Below are positions 50,928 through 61,700 of a stretch of 64,000 bases of DNA, one piece after another. Origin of the DNA: an uncultured Pseudomonadota bacterium (GTDB lineage: Bacteria > Pseudomonadota > Alphaproteobacteria > Rs-D84); the NCBI GenBank assembly GCA_947307295.1, contig CAMZIQ010000002.1:8447-72446 (forward strand). The letters are read 5' to 3'. Position 1 is the stretch's first letter. Each line of letters starts with the position of its first letter. The notes below the pieces were generated by a model. It saw nothing but the letters and a program-made list of their open reading frames with translations. It did not search any database and was not told the origin of the DNA. Both the position numbers and the translations under genes were made by a program.

Positions 50928-52706
50928 TTATTTTAATAATTCCTTCATTACACTTGATACTGTTCTTGCTGCTGGTGAAGAACCACCGGCATGTTCTAAA
51001 ATCACGCATACGGCGTATTTAGGCTTATCCGTAGGTGCATAACCAACAAACAAACCATGATTACGTAAATTCCATTGTAATTGTTCATTTGTTAACACAC
51101 CACTTTCGCGTTCTTTTTTAGATATATTTCTGACCTGAGACGTTCCGGTTTTTCCACCCATTTTTTGACCGTTTACATTAATAGCACTGCCTGATGCGGT
51201 GCCACCTTTTTGAGTCACTTGTTCCAAACCTGTTAATACATGTCTTATATTTTTTTCTTGTAATCCAAGGTTTTTAAAATTAGGTTTTTTATCCGAATAT
51301 ATTAATCTAGGTTTTACTTCTTTATTAGATGCAACGCGTGCCATCATAACAGCCAATTGCAAACAATTAGTTAATATAAAACCTTGTCCTATGCCAGAAA
51401 TAATAGTATCGCCATGAACCCATTTTGAACCAACATTTTTTTCTTTCCATCGTCTATCCGGTACAATACCAGGCATTTCATGAGCCAACACATCGTCCAT
51501 ATACTTTTGAGTTAACCCTAATTTTAAAGCCATATTTTTTATTGCGTCAATACCGATTTTTAACGCCAGTTGATAAAAATAAGTATCGCAAGAATGTTTC
51601 AAAGCGCCGTATAAATCAACAGTCCCGTGTCCTTTCTTTTCCCAACAATGATATTTATGATCCCCATATTCCCAGTATCCCGGGCAAAAGACTTTTTCGT
51701 TTGGGCTTATTGCACCACTTTCCAAAGCAGCCAAGGCAACTATGATTTTAAATGTAGAGCCTGGTGGATATAACCCTTCGATAGTTTTATTCATAAAAGG
51801 TTTTGCAACATCATCAAGCAACGAAGATATATATTCTTCACCGTCATCAGTTCTAAAATTATTTGCATCAAAACTAGGGGTAGAAGCCATTGCCAATATA
51901 TTACCATTTTCTATATCCAAAGCGACACCACAACCAGCCCGATGCATAACCAAGGAATCATACAAAACTTTTTGAACGTTTTCACGAATAGTAGTTTTTA
52001 TATCTTTGCCAATAACAGGTTGTATAAATTGTGATTTATCTTCACCTGTGATGCGCCCAACAGCATTAGTAATAAGTACTGTTTGTCCGGGTGTTCCAGC
52101 CATATCATCATTAAATCTTTTTTCTAATCCGTTTATCCCAGTAGTAAAAAATGGCGTATTAGGAACAGGTTTTTGAGGTGCGCCTACATAACCAAAAACT
52201 TGCGCCCCGGCTGGTCCCATTTCGTATACACGAGAAAAACCATTTCCTATGTAAATACCAGGTATATTTTTAGCTGATAATTTTGCAAGAATATCCCAAT
52301 TTGAATTTTCTGTCACCAATACTGGTTGAAAAGGGGCTTGTTTTTTAATATTTTTCCATATTCTTTCAACAGTTTTTTTACGTAAATTTAAATCTTTTTC
52401 GACAATATTCACAGCTTCTTTTATATCTTCTGTTTCTTCTGGGATAATGTATATTCTGTATATAGGTGCATCGCGTGAAATGACTGTCCCGGATTCAGAT
52501 AAAATATTACCGCGTTTGGGCATAATGTTTTGAATACGAAAAGAATTACTTTCGCTTTTACGTAAATAAGTTTTATATTCAAAAACCTGCATTTGCAACA
52601 TTCGTAAAATCAAAGCAGAAGTCAATACAGCACCACCTGTTAAAAACAGCGCGCTACGTCTGTCAAAAGTACGTGTCACTTCTGTATCTATCATCGTTTC
52701 ACCCAA
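50928..52706 (-). CDS. mrdA: Penicillin-binding protein 2
   Basis: SxxK motif (PGSTFKI) and KTG motif (GGKTGTSQV). Length 592 aa. Confidence 0.92.
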   Translation of the reverse strand: MGETMIDTEVTRTFDRRSALFLTGGAVLTSALILRMLQMQVFEYKTYLRKSESNSFRIQNIMPKRGNILSESGTVISRDAPIYRIYIIPEETEDIKEAVNIVEKDLNLRKKTVERIWKNIKKQAPFQPVLVTENSNWDILAKLSAKNIPGIYIGNGFSRVYEMGPAGAQVFGYVGAPQKPVPNTPFFTTGINGLEKRFNDDMAGTPGQTVLITNAVGRITGEDKSQFIQPVIGKDIKTTIRENVQKVLYDSLVMHRAGCGVALDIENGNILAMASTPSFDANNFRTDDGEEYISSLLDDVAKPFMNKTIEGLYPPGSTFKIIVALAALESGAISPNEKVFCPGYWEYGDHKYHCWEKKGHGTVDLYGALKHSCDTYFYQLALKIGIDAIKNMALKLGLTQKYMDDVLAHEMPGIVPDRRWKEKNVGSKWVHGDTIISGIGQGFILTNCLQLAVMMARVASNKEVKPRLIYSDKKPNFKNLGLQEKNIRHVLTGLEQVTQKGGTASGSAINVNGQKMGGKTGTSQVRNISKKERESGVLTNEQLQWNLRNHGLFVGYAPTDKPKYAVCVILEHAGGSSPAARTVSSVMKELLK

Positions 52707-53140
52707 TCATCTATTGCTGTTATTGGTGTATATAAAACACTTAACCATACAAACAACCATATATTATTTATAAAATTTAGCCATGTTAATCCAGAAAATA
52801 TTAACAGTAATATACCAATACCTATAAATAACATAAATATATATACCGCATTATTATTGGTGTGTTGCATATCTAAATAATTTTGAAAACCGTCAACAGC
52901 ATAAAATAAACAATAAATACATGTCCACAGTAATGGTAAATCGCAACGATAATCTATTAAAAAACAAAAACACAAACCAAACAAAGTAAATCTATGAATG
53001 TGTCTGACAAAAGTATAATAAAATATAGGAATTAATGCTAATATTCCTGCGGGATTCCAAAAATACACAGATAGTCGCCATAAAAACAAAGTCATTAGAA
53101 ATGGCAACCATTGTTTAAAAATTAAAACAGTTTTGTGCAT
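52691..53140 (-). CDS. mreD: Rod shape-determining protein MreD
   Basis: 149-aa polytopic protein lying between mreC and mrdA. Confidence 0.65.
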   Translation of the reverse strand: MHKTVLIFKQWLPFLMTLFLWRLSVYFWNPAGILALIPIFYYTFVRHIHRFTLFGLCFCFLIDYRCDLPLLWTCIYCLFYAVDGFQNYLDMQHTNNNAVYIFMLFIGIGILLLIFSGLTWLNFINNIWLFVWLSVLYTPITAIDDWVKR

Positions 53141-53997
53141 TATTTATAAGAATCCTGATTGTCAAATATTAATACCATAACCCTAGATAAATGATTTGGT
53201 TTAATCACATCTATACTTTTTTCGTCTTTCATTTCGCCGATATATATACCAGATGGTAAAACACCGCTAATATTACTGGTAATAACCTTTAACCCTTTTC
53301 TACCAATAAATTGTGCATCATTAAAGAAACCGATATAAGCACCCGATTTACCATTTCCTTGTAAAAAACCAGAAATGTCAGAGCCTGTTATACGTACAGC
53401 AATTTTTGAATTAGTATCCGTTAATGCGCGAACGCGACAAAATTCAGAACCACAATCTGTTATAGTCCCAACAAGCCGATTATCAAAAGAAACAACAACC
53501 ATGCCTTTGTTTAAACCAGATTTTTTGCCACGGTTAATCAAAAAAGTATGATGGTGAAACACAGAATCATCAAATTGAATGTCTGCAATAACTGTTTTGT
53601 ACGGAGATGCTTTTCTTATATTAATTTCGTTTTCTAACTTTTTATTTTCCAAAATAGCAACATCACAATCATTTTTATTAGCCAAAGCAATATCTAATTT
53701 TTCACGCAATTCTTTGTTTTCACTATGTAAATTAGACATTTCTTTAACCCAATGCGCACCCTGCCCAATCGCACGAACCGGCCAAGTTATAACAGAACCA
53801 ACCCCATGAGCAACCGGTAAAATTACATGAGCCATCCCGTTCATAATGGCATAATCAGGTTTAGCGACCATAATATATATGATAAATATAGGCAAAGCCG
53901 CTGCCGCCAAAGCTGATTTAATGATACGAGTAATTTTATAAGATAATTTGTCCTTGGTCATGCAAATTACTTTAAACGCAAAAAAATCAATATTCAA
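53140..53997 (-). CDS. mreC: Rod shape-determining protein MreC
   Basis: N-terminal TM, a coiled coil (LHSENKELREKLDIALANKND), then beta domains. The start could instead be MTKDKL at 53961. Confidence 0.8.
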   Translation of the reverse strand: MNIDFFAFKVICMTKDKLSYKITRIIKSALAAAALPIFIIYIMVAKPDYAIMNGMAHVILPVAHGVGSVITWPVRAIGQGAHWVKEMSNLHSENKELREKLDIALANKNDCDVAILENKKLENEINIRKASPYKTVIADIQFDDSVFHHHTFLINRGKKSGLNKGMVVVSFDNRLVGTITDCGSEFCRVRALTDTNSKIAVRITGSDISGFLQGNGKSGAYIGFFNDAQFIGRKGLKVITSNISGVLPSGIYIGEMKDEKSIDVIKPNHLSRVMVLIFDNQDSYK

Positions 53998-54088
53998 TAA
54001 AAACTTGATTTTTCTTTTTTATATGTCACAATAAGTGCAACCGACATGGCAAGGCATTGCCACGAGGGTACAAATAAAAGGATTAAAA

Positions 54089-54292
54089 ATGCCAAAAATG
54101 AAAACAAAATCGTACCTGAAAAAGCGTGCGTCTATGACTGCAAGCGGAAAAATCCGTGTTGCCAGAAACTCTCACCACAAATGTCTGTTGCATAAATCCA
54201 AACGTGCTAATAAAGCCGGGGCAAAGCCACAGTATTTGAACGATAACATGATGGGTCAGGCTAAAATCTTGGCTCCATATGGATTGAAATAA
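54089..54292 (+). CDS. rpmI: 50S ribosomal protein L35
   Basis: [24 protein letters not shown]... The track ORF carries an upstream extension. Confidence 0.9.
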   Translation: MPKMKTKSYLKKRASMTASGKIRVARNSHHKCLLHKSKRANKAGAKPQYLNDNMMGQAKILAPYGLK

Positions 54293-54303
54293 GGGGGCAT
54301 ATC

Positions 54304-54672
54304 ATGGCAAGAGTAAAACGCGGAACAACCGTTAAACAAAAACATAATAAGATACTTGATAGGGCCAAAGGTTATTTGGGTCGTCATCATTCAACATATC
54401 GTGCTGCACGTGAAAAAACTGAAAAAGCAGGTCAATATGCATATCGCGATCGTCGCCAAAAGAAACGTGATTTTCGTTCACTTTGGATTGTTCGTATTAA
54501 TGCAGCTGTCCGTGCTAATGGTTTGACATACAGTCAATTCATGAATGGTTTAAAGAAAGCTGGTATCAATTTGGACCGCAAAGTTTTGGCCCAAATGGCA
54601 TACGATGCAGATAAAAACTTTGATAGTTTGATTGCAACAGCAAAACGATTTATTGCCGAATCTGTTAAATAA
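54304..54672 (+). CDS. rplT: 50S ribosomal protein L20
   Basis: [18 protein letters not shown]... Length 122 aa. Confidence 0.95.
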   Translation: MARVKRGTTVKQKHNKILDRAKGYLGRHHSTYRAAREKTEKAGQYAYRDRRQKKRDFRSLWIVRINAAVRANGLTYSQFMNGLKKAGINLDRKVLAQMAYDADKNFDSLIATAKRFIAESVK

Positions 54673-54703
54673 CACTTTACGGCATTGGTTTATTTTGTCA
54701 CAA

Positions 54704-54735
54704 TTAAGACCGTAAAGTACGGTCTTAATTTTTTT
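54704..54735 (+). terminator. Terminator/attenuator hairpin between rplT and pheS
   Basis: TTAAGACCGT-AAAGT-ACGGTCTTAA followed by T7. The upstream CTTTACGG can pair alternatively with CCGTAAAG. Confidence 0.65.
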
Positions 54736-54759
54736 GAAAAGCATACAAATGGGGAAAAA

Positions 54760-55710
54760 ATGAAAGATAAAATTAAAAAAGTGTCATCTTTGGAAGAATT
54801 ACAAACTTTGTATTCTGATACATTTGGTAAAAATGGCACTATGACGGCTAAATTAAAAAATATGGCAAATCTGTCTAATGAAGAACGCGCAGCTGTTAAT
54901 ACTGAAAACACAGAACTTCGTCAGTTATTCAAAGAAAAACAAAATGAATTAGAATTGGCTGCATTAAACGCTAAACTCGCAACAGAATACGCAGATGTCA
55001 CATTAGATACAGAACCTAAAAATCGTGGAACAATACATCCTTTGACACAATCATTCAAGGAAGCTATAGCTATTTTTGAATCTATGGGATATACATTGAT
55101 GACAGGGCCGGAAATTGAAGATGATTGGCATAATTTTACTGCGTTGAATATGCCGATATATCATCCTGCACGTGATATGCAAGATACATTCTTTTTGGAA
55201 AACGGTAATGTTATGCGTACACAAACGAGCGCTGTACAAATTCGTGCTATGGAGAAAATGGGCGCACCAATCAAGATGTTTGCTTTGGGTCAATGCTATC
55301 GCAGGGAACTAGATGCAACACATTCTGCGATGTTTGATCAACTTGAAGGTTTATATGTTGATAAAATTGAAAAAAATATAAATTTATCTGATTTGTTGGG
55401 AACTATGCGAACTTTTGCATCAAAGTTTTTTGGTAAAGAAGTTGATTTACGTATCCGTCCTTCTTACTTTCCATTTACAGAACCATCCATAGAAATCGAT
55501 ATGAAATGGGGTGATAAATGGATGGAATTATTGTGTGGTGGTATGGTTCATCCAAATGTTCTAAGAAATTGCGGCGTAAATCCAGATGAATACCAAGGTT
55601 TCGCCTTTGGGTTTGGTTGGGCTAGATTAGTAATGGTAAAATATGGTCTAGACGATATACGTGCATTTACTGATGGCGACATCAGATGGTTAAAAAATAG
55701 TGGTTTTTAA
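54760..55710 (+). CDS. pheS: Phenylalanyl-tRNA synthetase alpha subunit
   Basis: Class II motifs FPFTEPSIEIDM and GFAFGFGWARLVMVKYG. ATG chosen at MKDKIKKVSS, downstream of the hairpin. Confidence 0.93.
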   Translation: MKDKIKKVSSLEELQTLYSDTFGKNGTMTAKLKNMANLSNEERAAVNTENTELRQLFKEKQNELELAALNAKLATEYADVTLDTEPKNRGTIHPLTQSFKEAIAIFESMGYTLMTGPEIEDDWHNFTALNMPIYHPARDMQDTFFLENGNVMRTQTSAVQIRAMEKMGAPIKMFALGQCYRRELDATHSAMFDQLEGLYVDKIEKNINLSDLLGTMRTFASKFFGKEVDLRIRPSYFPFTEPSIEIDMKWGDKWMELLCGGMVHPNVLRNCGVNPDEYQGFAFGFGWARLVMVKYGLDDIRAFTDGDIRWLKNSGF

Positions 55711-55725
55711 TAAAAGGGGTAAAAA

Positions 55726-58047
55726 ATGAAATGGTCTTATGAATGGTTAAAACAATATTTAAATACAGATTTAACCCCTGAACAAATCGCTGATAAATTA
55801 ACATCTATTGGTTTAGAGGTTGAAGATTTAGAAATACCAGTATTACCAATCGCTGCAAAAATCGTTGAATGTGTCCCACATGAAAATAGCGATCATTTGC
55901 ATGTATTAAAAGTTGATGATGGTTCGGGTAAATTACGTCAGGTTGTTTGTGGTGCACCAAATGCACGTGTTGGTTTGGTTTCTGCATTGGCTGTGCCTGG
56001 CTGTAAAATTGGCGATATGGTGATTCAGTCTGGTAAATTACGTGGTGTTTTATCAGATGGTATGATGTGCAGCGCTGCTGAAATGGGCATTGGCGAAGAT
56101 GATTCTGGTATTATTGAATTAGATGAAAAGCACGAAAAAATTGGCGAACCAATTTCTGCATTGCGTGATACCGCTTCTGCGATTTTTGATACATCAATAA
56201 CGCCAAACCGTCCAGATTATTTATCTTTGCGTGGAATTGCGCTGGATTTAAGTGCGGCAAAGGCTGGAAAATACATTGAACATAAAATCGATTTATTAAA
56301 AGATGTCAAAGGCGAAAGAAAGGTGAATTTGCTTGCGCCTGATGCATGTCCTACATACAGGTTTTGTGAAATTCATGGTATTAAAAACGCACCATCAGAT
56401 AAAACAATACAAAATCGTTTACGTAGTGCGGGTATAAATCCGAAAAATGCCGCAGTAGATGCAACAAATTATATTTGTTATGATATGGCACAACCTATGC
56501 ATTGTTTTGATGCAGATAAAATAGTTGGTGATATCACAGTTCGTATGGCTAAATCGGGTGAAAAGTTTACAGATTTATTTGGAAACGAACACGAATTAAA
56601 TGAAAAAGATTTGGTAATTACTGATGAAGCTGGGATACTTGCTTTGGCGGGTGTTGTTGGCGGAGACAGGGCTTCCACAACAGATGAAACAAAAAATATT
56701 ATTCTAGAATCGGCTTATTTTGATCCAGTTTTTGTACGTAAATCGTCTAAAAAAATTGGTTTATCAACAGATTCTTCATATAGATATGAACGTGGTATAA
56801 ATCCAGATGGAACATTACGTGCATTATCTTTGTGTGCAAAAATAATAATGGATGCCTGTGGTGGAAAAATTGTTAATGTAAGCGTTGCTGGTCGTACGTC
56901 CTATACGCCGGAATCCGTGCGATATAACCCAAAACTGTTCGAACAAAAAACAGGTATTAAATTAGACGAAGAAACACAACGTAAAATTTTAATTGATTTG
57001 CATTATGATATTAAAAATACAAAAACAGATGATTGGTTGGTGACACCAATGCCGTCACGTGTTGATGTAGTGATTCCTGAAACTGTGGTGGCTGACATAG
57101 TTCGTATTTATGGTTATGACAAAGTTGGTTTAAATTATGTTCCAGAAAAAGTAGTACCAGCAGAACATAATAGTCTTGATATTCCATTAAAAGAAAAATT
57201 GGCTGGTCTTGGTCTAAATGAACATATATCTTTTGGTTTTGGTAATTCCAAAGTTGAAAGTTTAATATCAGACAAACCAATTATCAAAGTTGCAAATCCG
57301 ATAATTGTTGATTTAGATACTGCAAGAAATAATCTGTTGGGGAATATGTTAATTGCGGTGTCTAACAATGAAAAACATGGTTTTACTGATTTGAATATGT
57401 TTGAATTGGGACCTGTTTTTGATGGCGCAAACCCTGGTGAACAACACGATAGTATATGTATACTGCGTACTGGTGAAACATCTCCACGTCATTGGCAAAA
57501 ACGCAATCGCAATGTTGATGTGTTTGATGTTAAATCTGATATTGTGTCTTTATTAGGTTCTCAAAAATACACAATTGATACAAACAATGCGCCAAAATGG
57601 GCTCATCCATATCAGTACGGTAGAATTGTTCAGGGTAAACGTATTTTGGGTGAATTTGGTCAATTGCATCCAAATATTGCAAAGCAATTACATATAAAAA
57701 CAAAAGTATTTGTCGCAATTGTTGATAATATTGAAAATTTACCAAAGAATCCTAAATACGCAAAAATCCCAATGACAGAATTTATGCCGATTACGCGTGA
57801 CTTTGCGTTTGTTGTTGATTCTAATTTTGCAGCAGAAAAAATAGTGTCAACGGCTGTATCTGCGGATTCAAACATATCAAAAGCAATCATTTTTGATTCG
57901 TTTGATATGGGTGATGGCAAAAAATCAATTGCTTTTACAATAACAATTTATCCAGATCATAATATGGATGATAAAGAGTTATTAGAAATTCAAAATAAAG
58001 TAATAAAAGCAATCGAAAGTAAATGCAATGCAAAATTGCGCGCATAA
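55726..58047 (+). CDS. pheT: Phenylalanyl-tRNA synthetase beta subunit
   Basis: N-terminal tRNA-binding domain (HLHVLKVDDGSG...VVCGAPN). Length 773 aa. Follows pheS. Confidence 0.93.
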   Translation: MKWSYEWLKQYLNTDLTPEQIADKLTSIGLEVEDLEIPVLPIAAKIVECVPHENSDHLHVLKVDDGSGKLRQVVCGAPNARVGLVSALAVPGCKIGDMVIQSGKLRGVLSDGMMCSAAEMGIGEDDSGIIELDEKHEKIGEPISALRDTASAIFDTSITPNRPDYLSLRGIALDLSAAKAGKYIEHKIDLLKDVKGERKVNLLAPDACPTYRFCEIHGIKNAPSDKTIQNRLRSAGINPKNAAVDATNYICYDMAQPMHCFDADKIVGDITVRMAKSGEKFTDLFGNEHELNEKDLVITDEAGILALAGVVGGDRASTTDETKNIILESAYFDPVFVRKSSKKIGLSTDSSYRYERGINPDGTLRALSLCAKIIMDACGGKIVNVSVAGRTSYTPESVRYNPKLFEQKTGIKLDEETQRKILIDLHYDIKNTKTDDWLVTPMPSRVDVVIPETVVADIVRIYGYDKVGLNYVPEKVVPAEHNSLDIPLKEKLAGLGLNEHISFGFGNSKVESLISDKPIIKVANPIIVDLDTARNNLLGNMLIAVSNNEKHGFTDLNMFELGPVFDGANPGEQHDSICILRTGETSPRHWQKRNRNVDVFDVKSDIVSLLGSQKYTIDTNNAPKWAHPYQYGRIVQGKRILGEFGQLHPNIAKQLHIKTKVFVAIVDNIENLPKNPKYAKIPMTEFMPITRDFAFVVDSNFAAEKIVSTAVSADSNISKAIIFDSFDMGDGKKSIAFTITIYPDHNMDDKELLEIQNKVIKAIESKCNAKLRA

Positions 58048-58070
58048 TTTTTAAAATTTTGTGTAAAAAA

Positions 58071-58095
58071 ACACCGGCATTTACCGGTGTTTTTT
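58071..58095. terminator. Bidirectional terminator after pheT
   Basis: Hairpin ACACCGG-N6-CCGGTGT flanked by an A-run and a T-run. Confidence 0.8.
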
Positions 58096-58104
58096 AATAA
58101 AAAA

Positions 58105-58488
58105 TTATTTAACAACAGTATTATGACTTAATATGATAAGAGATTCTATATCACGGTTCACTTCACATGCGTCGATAATTTCTTCTGCTTCTTTGCCATA
58201 AAAAACATATGGGGCAGATTTTTTAGAACACACATTGACACCACTACCTTTGACCAGTTTATTATGATGTTCTGTACCAGGAAGACCATAAGCAACAGCG
58301 TCTTTGAAACATTCTACATACCATTTATCATACGTGACTTCTACGCCATTAATATCATAATGATATCTCATAACAATGCTAACACCCACAGGTTTATAAT
58401 TCATATTTTTAAAAATAAGACATTTAGCATCAGGTTTTTGTGCGAAGAATTCAACATATTCTTTGATTTTATCTCGTGTGCTGAACAT
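58105..58488 (-). CDS. Hypothetical protein (127 aa)
   Basis: Clean ORF. No motif recognised. Confidence 0.5.
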   Translation of the reverse strand: MFSTRDKIKEYVEFFAQKPDAKCLIFKNMNYKPVGVSIVMRYHYDINGVEVTYDKWYVECFKDAVAYGLPGTEHHNKLVKGSGVNVCSKKSAPYVFYGKEAEEIIDACEVNRDIESLIILSHNTVVK

Positions 58489-58589
58489 TATAATCCTTCT
58501 TATTTTATTTTGGTTTTTTCTATAACAAAGTTTATTTTGATATAAAAATTCTTTTTGTCAATAATAAAATTAAAAAATCAATTGTATGC

Positions 58590-58618
58590 TTGATTTTTTA
58601 GAAAAAGCATAGTATAAA
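58590..58618 (+). promoter_or_regulatory. Candidate promoter of the ileS leader
   Basis: TTGATT, a 17-nt spacer, then TATAAA. Confidence 0.35.
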
Positions 58619-58625
58619 TAAAGGC

Positions 58626-58658
58626 ATGAACAAAAGAGCAATAATTATTATTAAATAA
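58626..58658 (+). CDS. Candidate Ile-rich leader peptide MNKRAIIIIK
   Basis: ATG sits 2 nt downstream of an AAGG Shine-Dalgarno-like element. The 10 codons include four consecutive Ile codons (ATA ATT ATT ATT), then TAA. It lies between the candidate promoter and a terminator hairpin upstream of ileS. Confidence 0.4.
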   Translation: MNKRAIIIIK

Positions 58659-58684
58659 CTGGCACTGCGCTTTGGCGTATGTCC

Positions 58685-58708
58685 AGGGCGCGTAGGGCGC
58701 CTTTTTTT
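58685..58708 (+). terminator. Intrinsic terminator-like hairpin in the ileS leader
   Basis: AGGGCGC-GTAGG-GCGCCTT followed by T7, ending 22 nt before the ileS ATG. No upstream plus-strand gene exists for it to terminate. Confidence 0.55.
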
Positions 58709-58729
58709 AATGCAACAAAGGTAAAACAC

Positions 58730-61700
58730 ATGTTATACAAAAAAACAGAACCAAAAGTAAATTTTGCAGAATTAGAACACCAGGTCCTTGATTTCTGGCG
58801 TGAAGACGATACTTTCCATAAATCTTTGGAAAGAACAAAGATGGGTGAAGAATTTAATTTCTATGATGGTCCCCCATTTGCTAACGGATTGCCACATTGG
58901 GGACATTTGGGAGTGTCTACGATTAAAGATATGGTTTCACGTTTTCATACTATGAATGGAAAACACGTTGTTCGTGAACTTGGATGGGATTGTCATGGAC
59001 TTCCTGCTGAGACAGCTGTTGAAAAACAAGAAGGAAGAACCGCTAAAAATATCGTTGCAGAAGATGGTATTGATGTGTTTTGCGATATGTGCCGCACAAG
59101 TGTGACAACATATTCTAATGAATGGTTGCGTTTTGTAGAACGTATAGGTCGTTGGGTTGATGGTGGTGATGATTTTGGTTATAGAACCATGGATAAAAAC
59201 TATATGGAATCTGTGATTTGGGGTTTAAAGCAATTATATGACAAAGGTTTGCTTTATAAAGATTTCAAAGTTAATCCATTTGATTGGAAACTGGGTACAG
59301 TTTTATCAAATAGTGAAGCATCCAGCGAATACCAAGATGTTGTTGATGATACCGTAACGGTTTGGTTTGAACTTGAAAACGGTGACAGGGCTATTGCTTG
59401 GACAACAACACCATGGACTTTGCCTGCGAATTCTGCGCTGGCGGTAAATCCAAATATGGAATATGTGAGATTGCGTCACGAAGATGGTCATGTTTATGTT
59501 TTGGCAGAATCTCGCGTTAAAGCATACGATAAAATATTTGCAAATGCCGAAAATCTCGGGACTATCAAGGGTAGTGAATTGGTTGGATTACATTATAAAC
59601 CAATATTTAATTATTATGAAAATAGTGACCGATTATTACATCAAATCATATCTGCTGATTATGTAAGTGACAGTGATGGTACCGGTATCGTTCATATTGC
59701 ACCAGCATTCGGTGAAGAAGATTATTGGGCAGCTAAGGCAGTTGATTCAAAATTCCCAGTTATATTAAATGTTGATGATTATGGTAATTTTGATAAGACC
59801 GTGACTGATTGGGCTGGTGAAAACATATTTGAAGCAAATCCAAAAATAATAGATTGGTTGCGCGGACACGGTATTTTGGTTAAAAAAGACCAACATAAAC
59901 ACAGTTATCCGTTTGGACCACGAAGTAAAGAAAAATTAATATATCGTGCAACAGATGCATGGTATGTTGATGTTCCAAAAATTCGTGACCGCTTGATTGA
60001 AATAACGAAAACTCAAACAACGTGGACATCTGCTGGTAATCGTTTTATGGCGTGGATTGAAAATGCACGTGAATGGGGTATAACAAGAAATCGTTATTGG
60101 GGTGTTCCATTACCAATATGGGAAAAAGATGGACAATATAAAGTTTTTGGTTCAATCAAAGAAATGGAAGATTTCTTTGGTGTTAAAATAGATGACTTGC
60201 ATCGTCCAACTTTGGATAAACTTACCAAAGACGGTTGGCATCGTATAACAGATGTTTTGGATTGTTGGTTTGAAAGTGGTTCTATGCCATTTGCACACTT
60301 GCATTATCCATTTGAAAATCAGGATAAATTTAAAAAGACTTTTCCTGCTAGTTATATTATCGAAGCAAATGAACAAACGCGTGGTTGGTTCTATGGTTTG
60401 ATGGTTATGGCTGTCGCTTTATTTGATAAACCTGCCTTCCGTGTTGTATCTTGTAATGGCATAATTTGTGATGAAAATAAACGTAAATTTTCAAAATCTT
60501 TGAAAAATTATGTTGACCCAAGCGAACAACTTGAAACATACGGTGCAGATGCAATTCGTTTGTTTATCCAAGGCAGTAATTTTCTTAAAGCTGAACCCGT
60601 TGGTGTTGATAAAGAAGGCAAAGTCTTTAACGATACAATTAAAACAATTTTGACACCACTTTGGAATGCGTATCATTTCTTTACGCTTTACGCAAATGCG
60701 GGAAATATCACCGTAGACAAAGAACCAGACGGCGAAAATTTGTTGGATAAATATATCTTGGCTGAATTGAACGAATTGATAAAAACAACGACTAAATCTT
60801 TAAGTGATTATAAACCAGATATCGCAGTTAAAGAATTTGTTCGTTTCTTGGATATATTAAATAATTGGTATATCCGCCGTAATCGTGATAGATTCTGGGA
60901 CGAAGACGAAAGTGCTTTTGAAACATTACATTATGTATTAGTAATGTTCTGTAAATGCCTTGCACCTTTTGCACCATTTATATCTGAATACATATTCAAA
61001 AATTTGACAGGTCTTGAATCTGTTCATCTTGAAGATTGGCCAATACCAACGAATACAGATGAAAAGATATTGCAAGATATGCGCCGTGTTCAAATGATTG
61101 TATCAACTGGAAAACAATTGCGTGAACAATATAAATTGCGTAATCGCTTGCCACTTAATGATGTCACTATCGCAGGTGTGAACATGGAAGAATATGCTGA
61201 TATTATCAAAGATGAATTAAACGTCAAAGAAGTTAAATTTATCGAAAATATAAATTCTGTAGCTGATTCTTTTGTGTATTTAATCACACCAAAAATTGGT
61301 AGCCGCCTTGGTGGCGCATTAAAAGATATAATACCTGCGGTTAAACGCGGCGATTATACTTTGGATGGCGATAAATTAATTGTTGGTGAATACGCATTAA
61401 ATGCTGACGAATTTGAAAATCGTTTAACTGTCAAAGAAGGTGTGACTGGAAGTGCTTTGCCAGATAACACAGCGGTTGTGGTATTAGATACAGAAATCAA
61501 CGGTGAATTAATAGCCGAAGGTTTGGCAAATGATGCCCTGCGTTTCATCCAAGATTCCCGCAAAGCCGCAGGTTTAGATGTGTCTGACAGAATTAAAGTT
61601 GTCTTTACGGCAGATTCCGGACTGTTCAGGGCAATTGAAGCACACAAAAAACGCATTATGCATGATGCTTTGATTGTTGAAATGAATTTCGGAATGGCTG

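Noticed and set aside
49784-53997. The absence of mreB upstream of mreC-mreD-mrdA-rodA, considered as a sign of a missing gene.
   Set aside because: mreB is often encoded elsewhere, and a 64-kb window cannot show that it is absent from the genome.
54685-54759. The TTG-initiated 25-codon extension of pheS, considered also as a Phe-containing leader.
   Set aside because: It contains the terminator hairpin, has no stop before pheS, and the conserved PheS N-terminus starts at ATG 54760.
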